A stretch of 64,000 nt of DNA from Octopus vulgaris. Lineage: Eukaryota. A program made the position numbers and the translations under genes. The number at the start of each line of letters is the position of its first letter. The first letter of the stretch is position 1. Below, one piece after another: positions 12,805 through 27,149 of the stretch. The notes beneath the pieces were generated by a model, which did no database searches, had not been told where the DNA came from, and worked only from the letters and a program-made list of their open reading frames with translations. Location of the stretch: NCBI GenBank assembly GCA_951406725.2, contig OX597823.1, forward strand, positions 33,356,001-33,420,000, given 5' to 3'.

Positions 12805-14595
12805 GTAATTTAATAAAAAATAAAGTGAAATGTACGGTTACTCACCAATAATGAATGATATTGATTTAAGATATTGGTGATGATGAAAAATAATGAAGGT
12901 AATGATTGCACAGCAAAGAAGATTTAAAGCTCTTCAGGTGACATCTGTTCTTCATGTGTTTTAGTGGATGTCGTATCTTCGTGCAAGGCTTTCTTGATGG
13001 GTTTGAGGAACATTCTGATGGGAATTTGCTGTCGTTGTTTTTTCATGGTGGTGAGGAGAGTTTTATATGTCTGCATGGCAGCATCGATGGCATTTTTAAA
13101 TTGGAGAAACCGAACCATATAGGGATCCCCTGCTTCCGCCTTCCCTTACAATTCTTTTGCTGTCCTTAGTCGGGTAGATGTTCAATTGACAGGCCCACCT
13201 CATTCTCCTCTTCCTCTGGATCTGACACTTCTTCTTTCTCTTTGTTGGAAGACTTCATTAACTCCAACAAACCTTCATCTGTCAGGGTTTCAGAGTGGGC
13301 ATCAACGAGATTATTGACCTCATCTTGTGTGTTGCCGTTAAAACCTTCACCAAGTACCTTTGCCAGTTTCACCGCATTGTTGACAGCCTTGTATTGAATA
13401 TATTCAGGTGAGAAGCCCTCGTAGCCCCGGATACACTTTGGCCACACCTTCTTCCAGCATGCGATGAGGGTTTCTGTTTTCATGTCTTTAAGAGCAGCGT
13501 GGATGACTGGTAGGCATGTTGCGATCGTAAAGTTACGCCAGTAATCCTTTATCTTGAAATTCTCGTCCGAATCCATTGCGTCCACAAGGTGTTGGAGAGA
13601 GTTCCGAGTGTAAAGCCTTGATCCATAGGCGGGATGAGGAGGTGGTTTTGGCAGGGAAGAACTCGACTTGGACTCCCTCGTGATTCAGATTCAAAGAGTG
13701 ACCACCAGCATTGTCTATAACAAGCAGCACCTTGGATTCCATGCATACGTTTTGGAGGTATTCCTTGGCTTGAGGGATGAAGCATTGGTGGAATCAATTC
13801 AAAGTTAGACTTTTGGTAATCCAGGCCTTGGGGTTGTGCATCCAGTGGATAGGCAGCAGGTTTTTATTCTTATTTTTGAAGGTTCTCGGTTCACAGACTT
13901 GTAGATAAATCCTGGTTTCATCATGAAGCCAGTAGCATTGCCACACATAATTAGTGTCATTTTGTTCTTCTGTACCTTAAATCGTGGGGCTCTGGCTTCG
14001 TCCTTCATGATGTACCTTCTGGAAGATGCCTTCCAGAACAAGCCAGTCTCGTCCATATTGAAAACCTGTTCCGGCTTGTATCCCTTGTCCTCGATGATCT
14101 GCCTGAAGGTCTCAAGGTATTTCTCTGCGGCTTTTTTGTCTGCTGATGCTGTCTCTCCATGCAGGGAAGCACTCTTTATTTTAAACCGTTTCTGGAAACG
14201 GACAAACCATCCCTTGCTGGTTTGAAAATCTTCGGGCTCCGGTGCCGTCAATGGACTTGGTTGCGGTTCTTCGGTGCCTTCTGCTCTGTCTCCTCTGTCG
14301 AACTGCTGGTATGATTTCAGCGCTGTCTCGCGAATGATGTTACTACTCAGGTGGATGTTTTTCTTCTCGTAGTCACTGATCCACAATGCCAAGGCAGATT
14401 CAATCCTAACGAAGTGCTTATTTCTCACAATCGTTATCTTTTTGGCACTTTCACGGAAACTTACTACTACAGTAGTCCTGATCGCCACCTCGTTCATCTG
14501 TATGTAGCGTATGGTGCTTTCGTTGACAACATAAAAGCTACCTACTGCAAATAACCGGGATCGCGAATGCCGAACCGCGAACAAGCGAGGTACAC

Positions 14596-14597
<2 letters not shown>
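12664..14597 (-). mobile_element. Tigger/pogo (Tc1-mariner) DNA transposon with frameshifted transposase
   Basis: ORFs 13805-14584, 13533-13742 and 13166-13585: CENP-B-type HTH (IESALALWI, FQTSKGWFVRFQKR) and DDE motifs (VFNMDETGLFWK, LLVIDNAGGH, PMDQG); TIR remnants containing TTCGCGG; TA flanks. Confidence 0.92.
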
Positions 14598-14627
<30 letters not shown>

Positions 14628-14744
14628 TGTATGTATGTATGTATGTATGTATGTATGTATGTATGTATGTATGTATGTATGTATGTATGTATGTATGTAT
14701 GTATGTATGTATGTATGTATGTATGTATGTATGTATGTATGTAT
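14598..14744. repeat. (TATG)n microsatellite
   Basis: Direct run. Confidence 0.97.
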
Positions 14745-15499
14745 GAGGGATTTAGTTCACTTGTGATCTAAACGAATAGGTACACTGGTTAAGTGCTATA
14801 ATTGGTCATCCATTAGGTTCCAAGTTCACAGCTGAGGCTGGAGCCAGGGATCCGTATTAGGCTTCCCTGTTAGCCTAAAACGGAAAAAAATACATTAGTG
14901 GAAAAGGACATCCAAAACCACACACACACACACACACACACAGAGAGAGACACACACACATACATACACACATACATACTTCAGTACATACACGTATACG
15001 CAAAAAAAGACAAATGCATATGTAAACATTGATTCCTTACACGACCACCTATCTATGCATCCATCCATCCATCCATCCAGACACACATACATGCATATAA
15101 AATACACTTATGCACTCCTTCAGATGTGTATGTATGTATGTATGTATGCATGTATGTATGTATGTATGTATGTATGTATGTATGTATGTATGTATGTATG
15201 CATGTATGCATGTATGTATGTATGTATGTATGTATGTATGTATGTATGTATGTATGTATGTGTGTGTGTGTATGTGAATGTATGTGTCTGTGTGTGAATG
15301 TGTGTATGTGTGTATGTTCTTGTGTATGTGTGTGTGTGTGTGTTTGGCAATAACAGCCAATGTGTGCAGGTCATTAACTTGCAGCCGATCCTCGTTAGTA
15401 ATTGCGACGTTTTCTCACTGGTTACATTTACCAACATTTAGTGTTGAGTCAGAATAAACCACTACATTCTCACCATCAACCCTACCCTCACCCTCACCC

Positions 15500-15522
15500 C
15501 CCACCATCATCATCATCACCAC

Positions 15523-15577
<55 letters not shown>

Positions 15578-16140
15578 GTCGTCGTCGTCGTCGTCGTCGT
15601 CACTGTCATTACCACCAGTAGCAGCAGCACTAGTACCGCCAAGCCGCCGACGCCAGCAGCAGCAGCAGCACCACCAGCACCACCAGCACCACCAGCACCA
15701 CCAGCACCACCAGCACCAGCACCACCAGCACCACCAGCACCACCACTACCAGCACCACCACGACCGCCGCCGCCTTTTGGTTAATTTCCTTCATTCAACA
15801 CAACTACAGTTATGGAATTATGAACAACAAGGATCTGTTAAATGAACTATTGTTGCAATACATCATCATCATCATCATCATCATCATCAATAGCAACAAC
15901 AATAACAATAACAATAACTACTACTAATACTAATACTGCTACTTCTACGTAAACAACAACAGCATTAGAACTTCATCAACGTCAACAATGGCAACCACCA
16001 CCACCACCACCACCACCACCACCACCACCACCACCACCACCACCACCACCACCACCACCACCACCACCACCACCACCACCACCTCCACCACCACCACCTC
16101 CACCACCACGACAACAACAACAACAACAACAACAACAACG
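15500..16140. repeat. Compound (CAT/CGT/CAG/CAC/ACC/AAC)n microsatellites
   Basis: Direct runs; these explain the poly-S/H/G ORFs. Confidence 0.93.
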
Positions 16141-16420
16141 TGGAATTAGGAAAATCAATTTGAAGTGAATGGTTGATGGTGGTTGATGGTGATTGGTGAA
16201 AGAAGGACGAAAGAGGAATCGAGAAAGGAGGAGCAAAAAATAGAAATAGAGAAAAGTTGAAGAAATGTAAATTCCATTTGAGTTTTGTTTTTTACAAAAG
16301 GGAAAAAGAAATATGAACGAAATATTCTGAGTTCTTCTTAAAAAAAAACATTGACTCATATAATTATATAGAACTTAACAGAATTTTTATCACAACACTT
16401 ATTATTATTATTATTATTAT

Positions 16421-16858
16421 TCAGTAGTTTTATTTTTATAGCGTGCTTTCACTTCACTACCGAGCGCAGCTCTGTGTGCCTTGGGTATGCGCTGTGATTT
16501 GTTGTGATGCTCTGATGGTTATTGTATGGAAAGTGTTCTGCGTAGGATGTGTGCAGTGCCTAGTAGTGCAATTTTCTGTATGTTATATGTGTTTGTAAGT
16601 CCTGGTGTTTTTGTTATGTATTTGTCTGAATATTTTTTTATCATGCCTAATGCACCTACTATGATAGGAATTGTTTCTGTTTTCAGGTTCCACATTCTAG
16701 TTACCTCTATTTCCAGGTCTTTGTATTTTGAGAGTTTCTCCATTTCTTTTAGAGACACGTTGTCATCTGCCAGTATTGATACATCAATTAGAAAGCATTT
16801 TTTTCTTCATGATCTCTGACAACTATATCTGGTCTGTTGGCCTTAATTTCTCTATCTG

Positions 16859-16860
<2 letters not shown>
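16421..16860 (-). mobile_element. Young 5'-truncated Dong/R4 LINE (RLE plus 3' UTR) in (TAA)n
   Basis: Nearly identical to 56120-56565; identical 79-aa ORF; (TTA)n on both sides. Confidence 0.93.
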
Positions 16861-16912
<52 letters not shown>

Positions 16913-16916
16913 ATAA

Positions 16917-17520
16917 GGCGGCGAGCTGGCAGAAACGTTAGCACGCCGGGCGAAATGCGTAGCCGTATTTCGTCTGCCGTTACGTTCTGAGTTCAAATTC
17001 CGCCGAGGTCGACTTTGCCTTTCATTCTTTCGGAGTCGATTAAATAAGTACCAGTTACGCACTGGGGTCGATATAATCGACTTAATCCGTTTGTCTGTCC
17101 TTGTTTGTCCTCTCTGTGTTTAGCCGCCTGTGGGTAGGAAAGAAATAGGTATTTCGTCTGTCGCTATGTTCTGAGTCCAAATTCCACCGAAGTTGACCTT
17201 GCCTTTTATCTTTTCAGAGTCGATAAAATAACTAGTTGAGCTCTGGGGTCAAAATTTCAGCCCTTGTGCCTTTAATAGAAAGTATTATTAAGGCAGTGAG
17301 CCGACAGAATCGTTAGCATGCCGAACAATTGCTTAGCAGCATTTCGTTCGTCTCTACGTGCAGAGTTCAAATTCCGACGAGGACGTCTTTGCCTTTCATA
17401 TTTCAAGTGTGTAGCGGGGTGTCGATAAAATAGTTGTCATTTGAGAACGGGGTAGGTTAATGTAATCAACTAACCTCTTCCCACCAGATTTCAGGCTCTG
17501 TGCCTATTGCAGAAAGGTTA
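16917..17520 (+). mobile_element. Cluster of SINE family A (one full copy plus two diverged)
   Basis: GGCGAGCTGGCAGAA head, GAGTTCAAATTCC B box, GCCTTTCAT..CGG.GTCGAT.AA..AGTACCAG central domain. Confidence 0.88.
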
Positions 17521-17569
17521 ATGCACCTTCTCGAGTCATGTGGACTTGTAGGGCCGTTCCCTCTAGAGT

Positions 17570-17710
17570 TTGCTGAGATTGACATATCTATGAGTAAACG
17601 TATTTTGTCATTGTGATTTTTGACCACAATATCTGGACTGTTGGCCTGAATAACTAGATCATTTTAAATACTGAAGTCAAAAAGAACTGCAATATTTTTT
17701 TACTGCTTTG
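17570..17710 (-). mobile_element. Dong/R4-like RLE fragment
   Basis: Manual translation VLFDFSI*NDLVIQANSPDIVVKNHNDKIRLLIDMSI. Confidence 0.7.
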
Positions 17711-17863
17711 GCTGACTTACTTTTCCGCCATTTCTCATACGAGAGTCCAAACTGACAGCAGACGATCCTGTGCAAATACTAACCAAGTCTACCACCACCA
17801 CCACCACCACCACCACCACCACCACCACCACCACCACCACCACCACCACCACCACCACCACCA

Positions 17864-17943
<80 letters not shown>

Positions 17944-18578
17944 TTTTTAATGAGCTACTCAGATGTATTTCGCTTCGTTCCGCGAGTTTTTTAAAATTAA
18001 ATTGTCGTTTATTTACCCTTTAGGGATTTGTTATTCTGGAATGTTTACTTTGTCGCGGAGTCAACCAGAACTACAGAAGGTTGGTTAGTTATTTTATTAG
18101 TTCCTTCTGGAAATTTTAAAATATTTCTGAAAATTTCGTGAAAAAAAAACAACAAAACAAAACAGAAAAGGCAACCTCAAACAAAAAGACAAACAACCAA
18201 AAACATCGACATCAAAGATGACATTGGAGATGAGAGGTGATTTCGAGAGACAAATTAATTCTACCACTTCAAGCCACCTCTTCAGCATCAGCCACATAAT
18301 TCTCTCCGTGTCAGAAATGTCCCTAATATTACCAATACAGAAGGGCGACTACTACATCGCTGACAATACTTCCAGTAACAACGACATCAACAACATGGCA
18401 GGACCAGGCCATTAAGAAACGCCAGGTATCTCCCCTTTCTTGCCATCATAGATTTTACTATGACAACATACAACATCTCTACCCAACACTAACGGGGTTT
18501 TTAACAACAAACACCGCCATTACTCAAAGGATAGTAGGTGTCATCACCCCTCTCTCTCTCTCACTATATATATATATA

Positions 18579-19010
18579 CGCCAAATATTCTGCTCAATAC
18601 CATAGATTTGCTTGTCAGTTGTTTGACTTTAACCAGTTGAGCATGTCCCTTAGTAACTGACGATATGTTCATCTCTGATCACGAGCAAAAGTAGTGGGGT
18701 AACATTGTAGCCATGTGTTGAGAGGAATTCTTTGGGGTTTGGATAAGTAACTTCTGGGTGTTTCGTTTAACATTCTTAAACAGACCTTATTCAGGGACCT
18801 TTTGAGCGGGATAGGCTACTCGACATGAAGAAAATTCTAACTGGGCCCCACCTGCAAGGTTATGCGCTGTTTATCTTGATATGAGATCACTATGTCACGC
18901 ACATATGGTTGTGGCGCATGTGTCTGTTGCACCCTTATCAGACGGGTAGTCATAACGGGTATATTTTACCCCACTGTCACTTTGATGGCATTCACTGCTC
19001 TCTCACTCAA
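18579..19010 (+). mobile_element. ~560-bp TAA-associated repeat, 5'-truncated copy
   Basis: Homology to 21018-21468; followed by (AAT)n. Confidence 0.85.
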
Positions 19011-19012
19011 AA

Positions 19013-19079
<67 letters not shown>

Positions 19080-19105
19080 TAACAATAATAATAATAATAA
19101 TAATG

Positions 19106-19155
<50 letters not shown>

Positions 19156-19318
19156 TTATGTTTATCTGACTTCAAAGTCTCCTCTCTTGTACTCGCATGA
19201 ATTTATTTATTTATAGATATACGTAGAGCGAAAAAAAACCCTTTCCTCTCACTATTCCTCCTTCTCTGTCTCTCCCTCATTTCCTTACTGACCACGGTGT
19301 ATGTAGTTACACACACAC

Positions 19319-19411
<93 letters not shown>

Positions 19412-19964
19412 TGTTTTCAAATTTTTCGATTAGTCGAAATGATGTTATTTCCCCGATCACAATACCGCAACTAGTAACTTTCTACTTTAATCAAATAATC
19501 TCAGAAATTTCTGGTTGTCTGACTTCTTCCTTCTTCGCTCAACCACACACTTTACTCTACATCCTCGCACAGTGAAGTATATATGCTCTCCTACCATAAT
19601 TTTTTTCTCCCTTCCTTTTTCTTCCTTCCTTTTTTCTTTTCCTTCTTTTTGTTTTTATTCTTCTTTTCCTTGACATCTCTCTGCATATCTTATTTACTCA
19701 GGTACGTGGTACCCTCCCCTTCACCACCACCACCATAAACGAAGCTGTGAAATCGAATCACGAATGTCGGGTGGTCGGCGACTAGATCGGCAACCCAACA
19801 AAGTTAGCTTTGTAAGGAGGGTGATTTTCTTGCTACATGATCTCCTTGAAAGATGAAAGACAAGACCTGCCTAAGTGCAAATGAACTTTAAGGCGTCAAT
19901 GGCCATCCAAATAGCATGCTTTTTCCTTAGTTGTGAATGCTGATGAAGCCAATACCGCTTAGGA

Positions 19965-20150
19965 CAAAAAGAAAAAAAAAAGGCACAGTAGTCTTATCTG
20001 ATGGTGTAGAACTACCAAACGGCGGGAGAATTAAGGATGTCAATGTGGATGGATACAAGTATCTGGGTATTTTGGAGTACGATAAAATCAAGGAAGCTGT
20101 GATGAAGGAAAGCTTTAGGCGAGAATATCTCAGGAGAACCAAGTTTTCAA
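19965..20150 (+). mobile_element. Dong/R4-like RT fragment
   Basis: GYKYLGILEYDKIKEAVMKESFRREYLRR parallels YKYLGIHELDK..KIKKEYYRR in the 54610 ORF. Confidence 0.75.
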
Positions 20151-20202
20151 ATGTCGAATAACAACAACAAAATCAACAACAACTTCAGCAGCAACAACAA
20201 CA

Positions 20203-21548
<1,346 letters not shown>

Positions 21549-21549
21549 G

Positions 21550-21750
21550 TAAACCTTTTTACTATAGGTAGCAAGGCCTGGGGAGGAGATAAGACGATTA
21601 CATCGACCCCAGTACGCAACTGGTACTTATTTAATCGACCTCGAAAGGTTGAAAGACAAAGTCGACCTCGGCGGAATTTGAACTCAACGTAAGGACAGAT
21701 GAAATGCCGCTAAGCATTTTGCCCAGCGTGCTAACGATTCCGCCAGCTCG
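21550..21750 (-). mobile_element. SINE family A
   Basis: Shared core and head. Confidence 0.85.
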
Positions 21751-22791
21751 AATGCAGATAGGCAGAAGACATGATGGTCACACCATTCTAGCCTTGATCC
21801 TCCTGACTTTTTTCCTATGTGCAGTTAACAGGACAAAATTATCGATCATGTTATGTTCTAAGATGTTAGATGTGAACTGATGTAGAAGATTAGCTGTTAT
21901 TTCTAGTAGGGGAAAATGACTTTAACCATAAGATTGCTAGCTACAACAACAACGACAGCAACAACAACAACAACAACAACAGCAACAACAACAACGAAAC
22001 TATTAGAAACCATGAAACATCAAACGTTAACAGACACACATAGAGGAAGAGGAAGGGGAGAAGGAAAAGGAGAAGGAATATATGGAGAAGACAGAACAAT
22101 AGGAAGGGGAGGAGAAAAGTCGAATGAGGAGGAGGAGGAAAAAGAAAAGAAAAAGAAATAAAAGGGGGGAGTAGGAAGAGAAGAGGAAGCAGTAACAGTA
22201 GTGGTAGAGAAAAAGAAAAAAGAAAATGATGAAGGAACAGAAGGAAGAGAAGTAGAAGAAAAAGGAGAGGAAGAAACATCAAAATAAAATATATACAAAA
22301 AACCCGGTAAAATGATAGCATGACTGTAACTCAGTTATTTAAATAAATATAATTTAATTAAACTTTCCAAATTCCACTCACGTGAATAAAGAAAAAGAAA
22401 TTAAGGTGTTTCGTTTGTTTTATTATTCATGAAGTATTACATAAATTCTTGCTATACTAATGTTTGATAAAAGACATATGCTCTCCAGAAAATAAATTTC
22501 AGTGAATTAGTTGACAGAAAATATATTAACCTTGTTAGAATTGAAGCGAAATGACATTTCGTTGGCGAGAGTAAAAACCGGTGTTAATCAGCCATGAATA
22601 AATAAACGACAAATTAATATCTGATAAAAAAAGTTTTTTTTCTTCTCTTATTGCATCTTGCTATTTTGTTGTTTCTTTCCTTATATGTCTGTCTGTCGGT
22701 TTGCTTGTCTATTTATGTGTGTGTGTGAATGTGTGTGTTTATTCATATATAAAATCCTTCAAAATAAACGCTACAGAAGAGAGAAGTCAGC

Positions 22792-22850
22792 TGACAACAT
22801 TTCTGTGACAACATTTCTGTGACAACATTTCTGTGACAACATTTCTGTGA
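22792..22850. repeat. 14-bp tandem repeat (TGACAACATTTCTG)x4
   Basis: Direct. Confidence 0.92.
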
Positions 22851-23401
22851 ATATTTCTCGAAGAAGGAATCTTAAGCCAGAAGTATTGAAATAAAGGTAA
22901 ATTCAACACATCGACTCGTATTATTTCTTATAACTTGCATTGTTTGGCTTATCAAAAGAAACACACACACACGCGTGTGCGTGTATGTATGTTTGTATAC
23001 ACAAACACAGACTTATAATACACACACATACATAATTATTACGGAGGGGGAGCGTTAAGCAGTAATAAGTGAAATTGCATGGTTATTACCAGAATCCGAA
23101 TACACCCGTTCGAACTGGGTAAGAAGCTACTCACAGCGTTTTGTCACAGAGAATATATCTTACTTGTTGAGCCGATCTAGGTGTATATACACTATTTGTC
23201 AACAAGCGAGATATATTCTCCGTGACATAACACAGCGAGTAGCTTGTTTCCCAATTCTTTGAGATAGAAATTACTGCTAGCTGATGAAAGAAAGATGAAT
23301 TAGTGTATATTATTCTCCCCCTTGCTCTTTTTGAAGGTAATGTTCATTAACGCTAATGATGCTTTTGTTTTGACAACACAGCGACCATTTTAGGTGATTA
23401 A

Positions 23402-23973
23402 CCCATTAAGTCTCACCCACTGTCCTATAAATAAGTGAAGGCGCATAGCTCAGTGGTTAGAGCGTCGAGCTTATGATCGTGAGGTTGTGAGTTCGATTCC
23501 CGGACCGAGTTGGATGTTGTGTTATTGAGCAAGACACTTTATTTCACGTTGCTCCAGTTAACTCAGCTGTAGAAATGAGTTGCGACATCACTGGCGCCAA
23601 GCTGTATCGGCCCCTTTGCCTTGGATAACATCAGTGATGTGGAGAGGGAAGGCTGCTATGCATGGGTGACTGCTGGCCTTCCATAAACAACTTTGCCCGG
23701 ACTTGTACCTCGGAGGTAACTTTCTGGGTGCAATCCCATGGTCATTCATGACCGAAGGGGTCTCCTCTTCCTATAAATAGGACACTAAATGAGAACATTA
23801 AATAAGCTATATCACATTGTCTCAGTGTCCTATTTATAGGACACCGAGTATTTTCATTTCTACTTGAAGTAAAGGAGTTTTAATATTTTTTTTTTCATTT
23901 TAACCTATTTTCAATCATCTGTAAAAATTTAAAAGTAATATTCAGAAATTTGAGAACCCTGGGACTTAATGGG
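23402..23973. mobile_element. piggyBac-like MITE interrupted by a SINE
   Basis: TTAA|CCCATTAAGTC ... GACTTAATGGG|TTAA; internal GTCCTATAAATAGGAC-type dyads. Confidence 0.8.
23436..23768 (+). mobile_element. tRNA-headed SINE family D
   Basis: TAGCTCAGTGG A box, GTTCGATTCC B box, TTGAGCAAGACACTT CORE-like segment; TSD TCCTATAAATA at 23423 and 23769. Confidence 0.88.
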
Positions 23974-25299
23974 TTAAAATGTTCTTCATCGACTATATTC
24001 GGTATGGTACCATCTACACACACACACAAACAAACTAGATGATGTCGTAAATCGACGGTACCGTTATTCATAATCATTCGGGTAGTGTTGTTAGTGACAG
24101 ATACTAAATAAAATATTGAACAATCATATGCTGAGAATCTTTAGTTTAATTTTAGACACTCCAGCATCTGCCATGTTTTTGAGTTTTAATATAGAATGAA
24201 ATACTATTAGAAAAGTTCCTATTTCTTAATAATGAAATTTCAATTGTTATTTAGATTCCACCAAGATTTTTATCAATTAATGATCCTAATATCCCTATAT
24301 CTAATGTTATAAAATACTGAAAAATCGAGTCGAAGTATCTGCATCTCACAATCTAAACATCTAGAAATATATCTTTTGAAATACGGCGAGTTAAAACTGA
24401 AAAGATGGAATGATAATATTAAACCACATACTGGCTTATAAATACAAACACACACACACAGCGTATGTACACACAAATACACATACGAACATATATAGAC
24501 GTACATATATCTATACACACACGGGCATACAACATCGTACTCACCACACATATACACGCTATTTGTGTGCACATATATACAAACATACACATACACGCAC
24601 ACACACATACATACGAACGCATACAGACTGACACAGACATGTAAATACACGCGCGCAATCACATACACGTATACAGACATACTGTGTACAAAATACACAC
24701 AAACACAACCAAACACATACGTACACACAGTCACGCGTACATATGTATATACATAAACACACAGACACATATACCTACGTAAATACATACACAATACATT
24801 GTTTATTTCTTTTCACACCTATTTTCAACATTTTATGTAAATCGTCGATAATTCTCTAGTTTACTTTTCCCTTCAGATTTTATCGCGTTCAAATTTTAAA
24901 ATTTTAAAAATTGTTATCGTGGTGAAACTGGCATAATAAAGACACAGACGGTTAACCCGAGATTTGAACAGCGAGTTTCTATTTACATTTAAATAGAAAG
25001 AAACGTAATAAGTATGTCTAGAAGTAGCAGCATCTCTTCCTATTTGAACCAGCGTCTCTTGGTATGAGTCTGTGTAACTGCCATCAGACGACATCTCCAC
25101 CACACACACACAAAAAAAAAAACATGCTTTTTGCTATTAGTATTCTCCAATAATATTTAATATACTAGCAAGCTCGCTTGCTGTGTTGTGCTGGGGAAAC
25201 ATTTATAGAATTGCTTCATGCAAGATGTTGCTAATGATAACTAATCAAAAAGAAATGATTCACCTCTCGAATATAAATGAAACTTTGTTTAACTTCAAT

Positions 25300-26171
25300 T
25301 TCTTTCATTCTTTTATTTGTTTCAGTCATTTTGACTGCAGCCATGCTGGAGCACCGCCTTTAGTCGAGTAAATCGACCCCAGGACTTATTCTTTGTAAGC
25401 TTAGTACTTATTCTATCGGTGTCTTTTACCGAACCGCTAAGTTGTGGGGACGTAAACACACCAGCATCTTCCACATGCCCGACAGATATGATTAGTATGG
25501 TGTGTTACACCACCACCAGTGGCCAGGTTGTCACTCATCTGTCTCGTTTTATGACTACGAAGATGACTCATGAGTCCAGCTTTACTGAGGCAGGGTCTTG
25601 CACAGACATTGCATGTCAGAATCAAAGGAAGACCCTTCCCTTCTGGAAGTGTAACAGCGATGCCCTTCCTGACATCCCTCCTTACTTTCTCATGTGCAAC
25701 TCGAGATTTCTCAAACGTGGCTGTCCCCTCATGCACAATCCTTCTCCACCTGCTACAATCAATAGCTATGCCTTCCCATGTGTCAGGAGAGATGCAAGCA
25801 TCTCTTAAGGAAGCCTTCAGTAAGTCCTTATACCTCTTTTTTGGTTTATGTGGAGGTCGTTCTCCTTTAGCTAACTCTCCATAAAAGAGTTGTTTTGGCA
25901 TCCTTGAATCCTTCATTCTGACCTGATGACCACTCCATCTGAGCCTTTGCTTTAATACAAGAGCTTCTATACTTTCACACCGAGAGCCTTCGAGTATTTC
26001 AAGATCACTGATGCAGTCCTTCCACTTAATGCTATAGATCCGTCTGAGGCACATCTGATGGAAACGTTCCAGTTGTTTAAGGTGGTATCGATATCGAACG
26101 TTTCCATCAGATGTGCCTCAGACGGATCTATAACATACATACATACATACATACATACATACATACATACA

Positions 26172-26236
<65 letters not shown>

Positions 26237-26400
26237 GACGGGCTTCTTTCAGTTTCTGTCCACCAAATCTGCTCACAAGGCTTTGGTCGGCTCAAGGCTA
26301 TAGTAGAAGACACTTGCCCAAGGTGCCACGCAGTAGGACTGAACCCGGAACCATGTTGTTGGTAAGCAAGCTAATTACTACGCTGTCATTCCTGTGCCTG
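25300..26400 (-). mobile_element. SINE family B split by an RTE insertion (tail 25300-25465, head 26235-26400)
   Basis: Both halves match 62170-62490 in reverse complement. Confidence 0.8.
25466..26095 (-). mobile_element. RTE-clade LINE 3' coding fragment
   Basis: CLRRI..W.D.ISD.EIL, RLRWSGHQVRM..SRMPKQLFYGEL..G.R, C2H2 finger CNVCARPCLSKAGLMSHLRSH. Confidence 0.9.
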
Positions 26401-27149
26401 TGTTTAGTTATTTTGTAAACATGGAAGCTTTAATCTTAAAATATATAACCATGCAATTAACCCTAACTCCTTAACATTACTGCACCTTGTGGCAAAATTT
26501 GAAACCATTATCATTATTATTATTATCTCGATATACTTCAATCAGTTCAAATTCCGCCGAGGTCGACTTTGACTTTCATCCTTTCGGGGTCGATAAATTA
26601 AGTACCAGTTGCGTACTGGGGTCGATCTAATCGACTAGCCCCTTCCCCCAAAATTTTAGACCTTGTGCCTAGAGCAGAAAAGAATATTCTTCTATATGTT
26701 CTGTAAGGGTGGCCCAGATAGTAACGCACTGAGCAGTAATAAATTTTATCGGTTATTGACCAGGTTCAAATTCTGCCACTTGTACATTTAACTTTATCCC
26801 ATTGTTAGTCTGCAGGAAATATTTACTGTAATCACTTCAATAAACACATCATCTGTGCGTAGTGCGATTGGTAAAAATTGGCCATGAGGTCAAAGGGTCA
26901 CATGTCTGTATGAATGAAAGGATAGTTACGTCAAAAGTTATGGAGTTACGTCTAAGTATTAGACCACATGATTGTATGAAGGATAATTGCGCTAGAAATC
27001 AAGTTTGTGCTAATTCAGTGAATGTGTCATGTGAAGGTATGAACAGCAACAATACAATGTTAGAATAGCTAAAAATAAAGAACAGGCAACTTGTTTGTAT
27101 GCGTGTTTAAGTGATTTTTATGTGTGAGAATATAAACTACAATAGTGTA

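Noticed and set aside
12924-14584. Domesticated TIGD/CENP-B gene
   Set aside because: Multiple frameshifts, an internal deletion and retained TIR remnants indicate a dead transposon.
15402-15845. Poly-S/Q/H ORF resembling a transcription-factor low-complexity exon
   Set aside because: It is almost entirely trinucleotide repeats, with no domain and no splice evidence.
22792-22850. CRISPR-like array
   Set aside because: Tandem units without spacers, in a eukaryotic context.
23436-23515. tRNA gene (also 1229 and 33541)
   Set aside because: No proper acceptor stem, and each continues into a repeat body; these are SINE heads.
25437-25620. Host C2H2 zinc-finger gene
   Set aside because: The finger is the C-terminus of an RTE ORF, in frame with RTE motifs.
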